Shown: piece by piece, positions 25,789 to 32,055 of the stretch
Numbering within the stretch: the stretch's first letter is position 1
How the letters are laid out: every line of letters begins with the position of its first letter
Source: Promethearchaeota archaeon
Lineage (GTDB): Archaea; Asgardarchaeota; Lokiarchaeia; Sigyniarchaeales; SOKP01
Length of the DNA: 32,055 bases
Direction of reading: 5' to 3'
Assembly (NCBI GenBank): GCA_019057865.1
Contig: JAHLWP010000040.1
Location: forward strand, 1-32,055
Position numbers and translations under genes: made by a program
Notes under the pieces: model-generated
Databases searched by the model: none
What the model was told of the DNA's origin: nothing
What the model saw: only the letters and a program-made list of their open reading frames with translations

Positions 25789-27855
25789 ATGCTAATTTCA
25801 AAAGTTTCTATAAAAAATTATCGAAATTTTCAAAATTTCAAGATTGAATTAGGTAAATTTAATTTAATATTTGGAGAAAACAATATTGGAAAAACTAATT
25901 TTATAAATGCTCTAGAAGGCATTTTAAATCCAACTCGTTCGTTTAAATCTTTTAAAATTGAAGAAAGTGATTTTATTGATATACATAAACCAATTATAAT
26001 AAAGATTAAATTTCAAAGTATTGATGAGGATAATGAATTAATCAACATCTTAGAAGATGGCATTATTGACCCTGAAATGAATTATAGTGCTAAATTAAAG
26101 TTCATTGCAAAATGGAATCCAGAAGAGAAAGACATTGATAAAGACTGCTTTTTTATTAAAAAGGAAATGAGTGATGATAATGGAAAATTTAATTTTAAAT
26201 ACGCTTATCGAAGATTATTCCATTTTTATTCTATTCCAAGTATGAGATGGGCAAGAAAAGAAATTAGGATGGATAAAAAAAGTGATTTAATGAATGTAAT
26301 TAATTATTATTTGCCAAATTTTATCATTTCTTTTTCACTTCTTAAGAAGGGGCTCCAAGAAATTCTTTTAAGTTTAAAGGAAGACTTGATTTCAGTTGAA
26401 TTCCCAAACTCAGTAATTACAGATTTAGACCATCTTATAAAACTTTTGAATCAAGAGTTTAAGATTGATGAAGAAAACAAACTTAAGAGTCTCAAGACAG
26501 ATAGAGAAAAGGTTTTTGCAAAAATAAAAGAAATTTTTAGTAATAATAGCTTTGAAAAAGGTCAAATCGATCTTATCGATGATTTATTTAATAAATTTAA
26601 TGAAAAGCTAATAATTTTTGAAAAAAGATTTGAGACTCAAAGAATTCTAAGTGATTTAAAAAAAAGGTTTTCTGATTTAAATAGCTTTAAAAATTTACAA
26701 AATGATTTTTCAGTAATTATAGAAAAAATTATGCCGAATATTAAATTAGATTTATCTTTTGTTTCAATTCAAGATAATGAGTTATTAAAAAAAGCTTTAA
26801 TCGAAATTGATGATTTTCCGATATTAGCTCATGGAACCGGATTTCAAAGTTATTTCGTTATTGCCTTAAAATTATTGAAAATAAATTCAATGCTTAATAG
26901 ACAAGATATTAAAAGTTCCTTTATAGCAATTGAAGAACCCGAAGCTCATTTATACCCACATTTGCAAAGACAATTAATTGAAAATCTTAGAGTAATTCAA
27001 AATGAATTTGAAAGTAGGTATGATATAAAATTTCAATTTATTATTACAAGTCATTCGTCAAATATCTTATCAAGATTTGAATTTCCAGAATTGATTTTAT
27101 TGAGGAAAAATGAAAATTTCTATACCGAATCGATACATTTTCCGGAAATAAGAATATTAATTGATGATTTAGAATTAGCTGAGGAAGAATATAAAAGTAA
27201 AGTGGGTAAATTAAACAAGAGCCTCATAAGGGTTTTTAAAGGAATATTTACATTCTACCCTGAAGCTTTTTTTTCACGATGCATAATTCTTGGAGAAGGT
27301 TCAACTGAAGAGGGAGCCATTCCAGAATATGCAAGAACTATGAATAAAAACTTCGACCTTTTTAGTATTTCTTACATTTCTCTTGAGGGTACAGGAAACT
27401 TAAAATATTATAAAACTATTTTAAAAAGATTAAATATTCCCTTTATTTCTATAGTTGATAAAGATGATAATGATGTGAAGGATTTTTTAAGTGACGATGA
27501 ATTTATCACCAAGGAAAAAGCATTTGAAGCTGAGATTATTTCAAAGGTACCATGTTATAAACTTCTTGATGTTTTAATAAGTCTATGTTCCGATAAAACA
27601 ATAGAAAATTATTATAATATCATTAAAAATGAATTATCTTTAACAAATGAAGTTAATAATTTTGGAGAATGCATAAATTTCTTTAAAGAGCATCTAGAAT
27701 ACGAGGATGTTTTAAAAAAAATCTTAAAACCATGGATAATTAGACAAAAAGGTCTTACGATGGGAAAATTATTAGGAGAAATTAGTGAATTAGAGGAAAT
27801 TCCAGAGATATATAAAGAAGTTATCAATAAAGCAGTTGAAAAAACTAAGAGTTAA
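25789..27855 (+). CDS. gajA: OLD-family ATP-dependent nuclease (Gabija GajA-like)
   Basis: GENNIGKT, HGTG signature, IAIEEPEAHLYPHLQR and ITSHS. TOPRIM motifs FFSRCIILGEGSTE and VDKD. Confidence 0.85.
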   Translation: MLISKVSIKNYRNFQNFKIELGKFNLIFGENNIGKTNFINALEGILNPTRSFKSFKIEESDFIDIHKPIIIKIKFQSIDEDNELINILEDGIIDPEMNYSAKLKFIAKWNPEEKDIDKDCFFIKKEMSDDNGKFNFKYAYRRLFHFYSIPSMRWARKEIRMDKKSDLMNVINYYLPNFIISFSLLKKGLQEILLSLKEDLISVEFPNSVITDLDHLIKLLNQEFKIDEENKLKSLKTDREKVFAKIKEIFSNNSFEKGQIDLIDDLFNKFNEKLIIFEKRFETQRILSDLKKRFSDLNSFKNLQNDFSVIIEKIMPNIKLDLSFVSIQDNELLKKALIEIDDFPILAHGTGFQSYFVIALKLLKINSMLNRQDIKSSFIAIEEPEAHLYPHLQRQLIENLRVIQNEFESRYDIKFQFIITSHSSNILSRFEFPELILLRKNENFYTESIHFPEIRILIDDLELAEEEYKSKVGKLNKSLIRVFKGIFTFYPEAFFSRCIILGEGSTEEGAIPEYARTMNKNFDLFSISYISLEGTGNLKYYKTILKRLNIPFISIVDKDDNDVKDFLSDDEFITKEKAFEAEIISKVPCYKLLDVLISLCSDKTIENYYNIIKNELSLTNEVNNFGECINFFKEHLEYEDVLKKILKPWIIRQKGLTMGKLLGEISELEEIPEIYKEVINKAVEKTKS

Positions 27856-27861
27856 AAAATT

Positions 27862-29628
27862 ATGACAAGAGATTCATCACAAGAAGAAATTATTTATTCT
27901 GATATAAATAAATCATATTTGGTTATAGCTCCACCTGGTTATGGCAAAACTTTTACAATGGGGCGAAGAATCAAATATATTATTGAAAATAAAAAGATTT
28001 CTGGTAAATTAATTGGATTAACATTTACTAATGCTGCAGCAAATGAAATGTTTAACAGATTAGATATTGATGATAATATTTTAGAAAAAAAAGTGTATAT
28101 TACAACATTTCATTCTTTTTGTTATAATATTTTAAGAAATTATGGATCAAAAATAGAGTTAAATCAGAGATTTAATATTATTAGTCCAATTGAGAGAGAA
28201 GATTTATTAAAAAAAAATTTAATTGATTTGGGTATTAATCAAGATTCAATTGATAATGTTTATAAAAATGATTTCTCAGAATGGATTCTTGAAAAACGTT
28301 TAAAACTAAATGAAGGATACAAAAACCAAGATTTTGAAGAAATCTTCAATAAAGCTTATGATGATTACGAGAATAACTTGAAAAACGAAAATAAGCTGGA
28401 TTTCAACTATTTAATCATAAAAGTTATAGAACTATGGAAAAAATATCCTGTCATACTTAATTTCTATCGTAAAAAATATGAGTATGTGTTAGTAGATGAA
28501 TTCCAAGATTCTAATATGATACAATATCAAATTTTTAAATATTTAATAAATGGTGTTGAAAAACCTGGAACTAATAGTAAAAAATTAAATTTTATGTGTT
28601 TTGGTGATGATTTTCAGTCAATTTTCATATTCCAAGGAGCTCTCTCCAATGAATTAAGGATAATCTTAGATGATTTTGACTATGAAATTAAAGAATTAAG
28701 AGTAAATCACAGAACTACTTCTTCATTAATCAAATCTATCAATTTATATTTAAGAAAAGGAGAATTATCGACGCTTGGTATTAATAATAAGATTGATTGT
28801 TATTTATTTAATAATGTGGAAGAAGAAGCAATATTTATTTTAGAAAAAATCAAAGAGTTTCAAAAAGGTGGGATTGCACTTGATGATATATGCATAATTT
28901 CAAGAATGTATTTTCGTCTTAATAATATTAAAGAATTATTTGAAAATAACGATCTAGAATTTATATATTTAAAGGATTTTAGAAATGATACAATTGAAAG
29001 AAAATACTTGAACTTTTTCAATAAATTTGATGAAATTATATTAGAACAAAGGAAATCTGGTAAAATATCAAGTATTTTTATGCAAATCTGTGAGAATAGT
29101 GGTTATGACTTTGATAATGATATTGTGCTTCAGACAATTTATGAATATATTAAAGACTATGAATTAAGGAAAGATATTAAAAAATATCACTTATGGGAAA
29201 AAATTCAGTTAATCAAGAATGATATGTTGTTAGAATTGAATTGGGGGGAAAAGATTAGAGAAAAAACTAAAGGTAAAATTTATCTATCATCGGTACATCA
29301 AGTAAAAGGATTAGAGTTTTCAAAAGTCATTTTTGTAGGACTAGAAAATTTTGAATTCCCACACCCTAGAATTTGTATTAAAAAGTGTATAAATAATGAA
29401 GTTATTAATATTCAAGAGGAAAAAAATATTCTTTATGTTGGAATTAGTAGAACAAAATCTAACCTTATTTTAACATCTTTAAAACAAATCCTTAATAGAG
29501 AGGGTAAAATAAAGAAGAGAACTCTAAGTTGTCTTTTACAAGATATAGAACATTTTATAAATATTATAGATATCAATAATCCCCTGTCATCGGTAACTTT
29601 TGATTCAAAAAAGTGCTGGAATTGTTAA
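27862..29628 (+). CDS. gajB: UvrD-like SF1 helicase (Gabija GajB-like)
   Basis: APPGYGKT, LTFTNAAA, TFHSF, VDEFQD, GDDFQSIF, NHR, SVHQVKGLEF, LYVGISR. Begins 7 bp after the OLD nuclease stop. Confidence 0.85.
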   Translation: MTRDSSQEEIIYSDINKSYLVIAPPGYGKTFTMGRRIKYIIENKKISGKLIGLTFTNAAANEMFNRLDIDDNILEKKVYITTFHSFCYNILRNYGSKIELNQRFNIISPIEREDLLKKNLIDLGINQDSIDNVYKNDFSEWILEKRLKLNEGYKNQDFEEIFNKAYDDYENNLKNENKLDFNYLIIKVIELWKKYPVILNFYRKKYEYVLVDEFQDSNMIQYQIFKYLINGVEKPGTNSKKLNFMCFGDDFQSIFIFQGALSNELRIILDDFDYEIKELRVNHRTTSSLIKSINLYLRKGELSTLGINNKIDCYLFNNVEEEAIFILEKIKEFQKGGIALDDICIISRMYFRLNNIKELFENNDLEFIYLKDFRNDTIERKYLNFFNKFDEIILEQRKSGKISSIFMQICENSGYDFDNDIVLQTIYEYIKDYELRKDIKKYHLWEKIQLIKNDMLLELNWGEKIREKTKGKIYLSSVHQVKGLEFSKVIFVGLENFEFPHPRICIKKCINNEVINIQEEKNILYVGISRTKSNLILTSLKQILNREGKIKKRTLSCLLQDIEHFINIIDINNPLSSVTFDSKKCWNC

Positions 29629-29646
29629 AATTTTCAAATATTAGAT

Positions 29647-29710
29647 TTCGATTCTCTCTTGGATGAGATTAATAATTCTTTAAAATAATCTATTTTTTGT
29701 TTTTTTATAA
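29647..29710 (+). repeat. Direct repeat shared with 7897-7960
   Basis: See 7897-7960. Confidence 0.75.
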
Positions 29711-30073
29711 AAATTAGTTAAGATTGATTTTTCCATAATCTTAGTAAATATACTAAGAAGAATAAAATTGCAATTTATTGAGTCACGTCTATAAAAATTT
29801 AATTTCAAAATTTTATATAAAGTGTAATAAATACACATATTTTGTAAGATCAAATTTCTCATATTTCAGATCTAGGCAATCTCCGTTATTGACAGTATTA
29901 TCCCAAAAATCCTCATTATCGTATAATGGGGATGTCAAAGCTATCTTTAAGACACTTTTATACTCGTCAAAAAAATAATTATGATAAAAAACTTTAGAGG
30001 TTAGATCAAAATCTATAAACATTTTAAAATTAACTTTTGAATTTTTTAAAGATTTCTCGTAATTTAAGGGCAT
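29680..30073 (-). pseudogene. Probably frameshifted hypothetical gene
   Basis: Overlapping minus-strand ORFs 29813-30073 and 29680-29862. Confidence 0.3.
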
Positions 30074-30227
30074 AATCAGGGATTATATTAATTTAAAGAT
30101 TTACATTCTTATAAAAAAAGTCATATTTAAGTCCTCTTTTTTCCAAAAGTGTAAATATTAGAAAAACATGTTTTTCTTTTTGATATGAAGTAAAAGAAAG
30201 ATTTGGGATTTTTGTCGGATTAAATAC

Positions 30228-30307
30228 TTTTGATTCTCTTTTTTTCGCTTTTTCTACAAAAATTAATTAAAATTGATTATTTTCGACATCAAAGTAAAGA
30301 TTTAAAT
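30228..30307 (+). repeat. ~80-bp repeat, copy A
   Basis: 76/80 identical to 31707-31786, and identical to 32010-32055 over the available length. Confidence 0.9.
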
Positions 30308-30504
30308 TTTGTCAGGAGAATAACATTTAAAATATAAAAAATGAAATTTTTCACACATAAAATCTTCATTAACCCATTATTTTGGATGACATATTTTCGA
30401 CAAGATGAATAATCCAAGCCTCATTAGTTATAGGTTCTATTGGAGAGCCCCATTCTTTTGTATTATGATGACTTGCTAAAATATGAATTAATTCATCTAA
30501 TTTT
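30295..30504 (+). repeat. 210-bp direct repeat, copy 2
   Basis: 209/210 identical to 7996-8205. Confidence 0.95.
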
Positions 30505-31157
30505 ACCGACTTGATTTCTGAAGAAATAATCTTTATACCATGGATAATATGTTCTTGTTCATGAAAAATATCTGTTATTTCAATAATTCCATTAGAAAAT
30601 TCATAACAATTTATTTTTCCAATATCGTGAAGAATAGCCCCAGCAATTAATAAATCTTGATCGATGATTAAATTTTCAATAACATCATTTACAGCTAAAG
30701 CTAATTTAACTGTTTGAATTGTATGCTCTAATAATCCTCCTTCATAATTATGGTGATTATATTTAGCTCCTGGAGTTTCATAAAACATTTTGTTTTTTTC
30801 GAAAAACTCTTTTATAGAATTTTTTAATTCGCTATCTTTAATCATTTCAATATATTCCCATAATTCACTTCTTAAAGTATCAATACTTTTCGAAGGCTTT
30901 ATTTTTACTATTTTTCTAATTAGTCTTTTTATTCCTGCTTTCCCTATGAACCAAAATTTTTGATCCCAATTAAAAGCAATTAAGTATTGATCTTTTAATG
31001 CTTGTTTTAGTTTTGGATTATTTGTAATTACATAATCATCATTAATTTTGATTATATCTCCATTATATTCAAATTGAATCTCTAATGGTTCATATTTTTT
31101 ATTTAATAATTTTATATTTTCTTCCAGAATTTTTGACATTTTTACTACTCGATTCAA
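30369..31157 (-). CDS. HD-domain phosphohydrolase (YhaM/Cbf1-like), paralog 2
   Basis: TPGAKYNHHNYEGGLLEHT, AILHDIGK, ILASHH..WGSP. Start may be ATG 31139. Confidence 0.9.
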   Translation of the reverse strand: MNRVVKMSKILEENIKLLNKKYEPLEIQFEYNGDIIKINDDYVITNNPKLKQALKDQYLIAFNWDQKFWFIGKAGIKRLIRKIVKIKPSKSIDTLRSELWEYIEMIKDSELKNSIKEFFEKNKMFYETPGAKYNHHNYEGGLLEHTIQTVKLALAVNDVIENLIIDQDLLIAGAILHDIGKINCYEFSNGIIEITDIFHEQEHIIHGIKIISSEIKSVKLDELIHILASHHNTKEWGSPIEPITNEAWIIHLVENMSSKIMG

Positions 31158-31200
31158 ATTTATTTAGATTATTTAATTTTTCTTTTATTAATAATGTAGC

Positions 31201-31494
31201 TTGAAAAAAACATATTATATTTATTGCGTATTTAAGGCTTCAGTATATCTTTTTATTCATAGGAATACTAATACATCAGATGTAAAAAATAAAATAATTT
31301 TAGGTATGAAATTAAAAAAACCATATATTGCTCTTCATAGTGCAGGATTATTTAATATATCAATTACTGAAAAAATCTTAAAACAAATTGGTGATGATAT
31401 CTTTAACAAGTATAACTATCTTTATAAACAAGAAAAACAAAAAAGCAGTGGTGAAATTGCATTTTTTGATGTTTATATTATGCCTGGTGAATAA
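31201..31494 (+). CDS. Hypothetical protein or gene fragment
   Basis: ORF track only; no recognisable motif. Confidence 0.35.
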   Translation: MKKTYYIYCVFKASVYLFIHRNTNTSDVKNKIILGMKLKKPYIALHSAGLFNISITEKILKQIGDDIFNKYNYLYKQEKQKSSGEIAFFDVYIMPGE

Positions 31495-31544
31495 TAGGAT
31501 TAATTAATAAAAGTTTGTTGTAATTTTTGAACTTTCTATTTTTA

Positions 31545-31745
31545 TTATTTTTCTATTTGATTTATGAAGGATTTATCTATTGTAAAATTGTAATCTCCTG
31601 TCTCAGCTTTAACAGTAATAGTTTTTTTATTTACTCGTTCTATTGGATACCATCTTCCATATAATTGAGAGAAAACTTTTTTACCCTCCTTTTTTGCTTC
31701 AATTAATTTTGATTCTCTTTTTTTCGCTTTTTCTACAAAAATTAA
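31545..31745 (-). pseudogene. 3' fragment of a mobile-element gene with an SH3-like 'WYPIERVNKKTITV' motif
   Basis: Open frame ..VEKAKKRESKLIEAKKEGKKVFSQLYGRWYPIERVNKKTITVKAETG..EK*. Its 5' end lies inside repeat copy B and there is no start codon. Confidence 0.45.
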
Positions 31746-31786
31746 TTAAAATTGATCATTTTCGACATTGAAGTAAAGACTTAAAT
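31707..31786 (+). repeat. ~80-bp repeat, copy B
   Basis: 76/80 identical to 30228-30307. Confidence 0.9.
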
Positions 31787-31978
31787 ATTTGAATGGGTTT
31801 ATAAAAATAGGGAAGGGAAATTTATTCAAAGATAATTTGAGCTATACATTGGATTTCGCCCTCTATTAAACTCTAGCGAGTTTAATCTCTCCCTGATTTT
31901 TTTATAATTGCTCAGATTTCTTTTCCCTTCACTTCTCTTTATGTAAGAATTTAGGTTATTAAATTTCTTTTTAATTAT

Positions 31979-32055
31979 AAACATTTAGATTTTTTGTCGC
32001 TTTAATTACTTTTGATTCTCTTTTTTTCGCTTTTTCTACAAAAATTAATTAAAAT
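31979..32055 (+). repeat. Repeat copy C, including the junction motif, truncated by the window end
   Basis: Colinear with 30197-30273. Confidence 0.9.

Noticed and set aside
1243-27827. Antisense or overlapping ORFs 1243-1572, 4082-4330, 8512-8745, 15711-15971, 16180-16425, 16474-16746, 19718-19927, 22390-22680 and 27612-27827
   Set aside because: Shadow frames opposite better-supported genes, with biased F/S/L/I composition and no motifs.
29778-29978. 66-aa plus-strand ORF
   Set aside because: Overlaps the minus-strand ORFs and has no supporting features.
7996-30504. Diversity-generating retroelement (RT plus a repeat at a gene 3' end)
   Set aside because: The repeat copies differ at only one base, outside the CDS, so there is no adenine-specific variation. 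The RT is far larger than DGR RTs and no Avd gene is seen.
30197-32055. CRISPR array
   Set aside because: The repeats are about 80 bp, irregularly spaced (1479 and 303 bp), and there are no cas genes.

Overview
A very AT-rich 32-kb accessory region, probably from an Asgard archaeon (Lokiarchaeia-like). This assignment rests on a Rab-like small GTPase with a GGKLD G4 motif, a stand-alone PAS protein, archaeal BRE/TATA-like promoters and GGAGGTGA-type Shine-Dalgarno (SD) sites. The window is a mosaic of three kinds of DNA. (1) Defence genes: a GIY-YIG/HicB-like + HicA-like pair, Pycsar (TM effector + cyclase), a TIR-TM protein, an Abi/HEPN-like protein, an ABC/AAA ATPase fused to a Schlafen/AlbA_2 domain, DUF3800 and Gabija (GajA/GajB). 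(2) Virus- or plasmid-like regulatory modules: two divergent pairs of paralogous DNA-binding proteins with candidate operators, a ParB-N protein and Zn-finger/wHTH micro-genes. (3) Many truncated or chimeric gene fragments. The standout is a 1026-aa protein (9019-12099) that fuses a class I SAM methyltransferase to a UG/Abi(DRT)-type reverse transcriptase (YLDD), a helical C-terminal region and an acidic tail ending in Tyr-Tyr. It is a candidate protein-primed, defence-associated RT in an archaeon. Two paralogous HD-domain genes share a 210-bp near-perfect direct repeat that brackets a 22.3-kb segment containing the RT. A degenerate ~40-bp site and an ~80-bp repeat recur at module junctions. 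I found no integrase, transposase, capsid, tRNA, rRNA or CRISPR array. All family calls come from reading motifs by eye, not from database searches.
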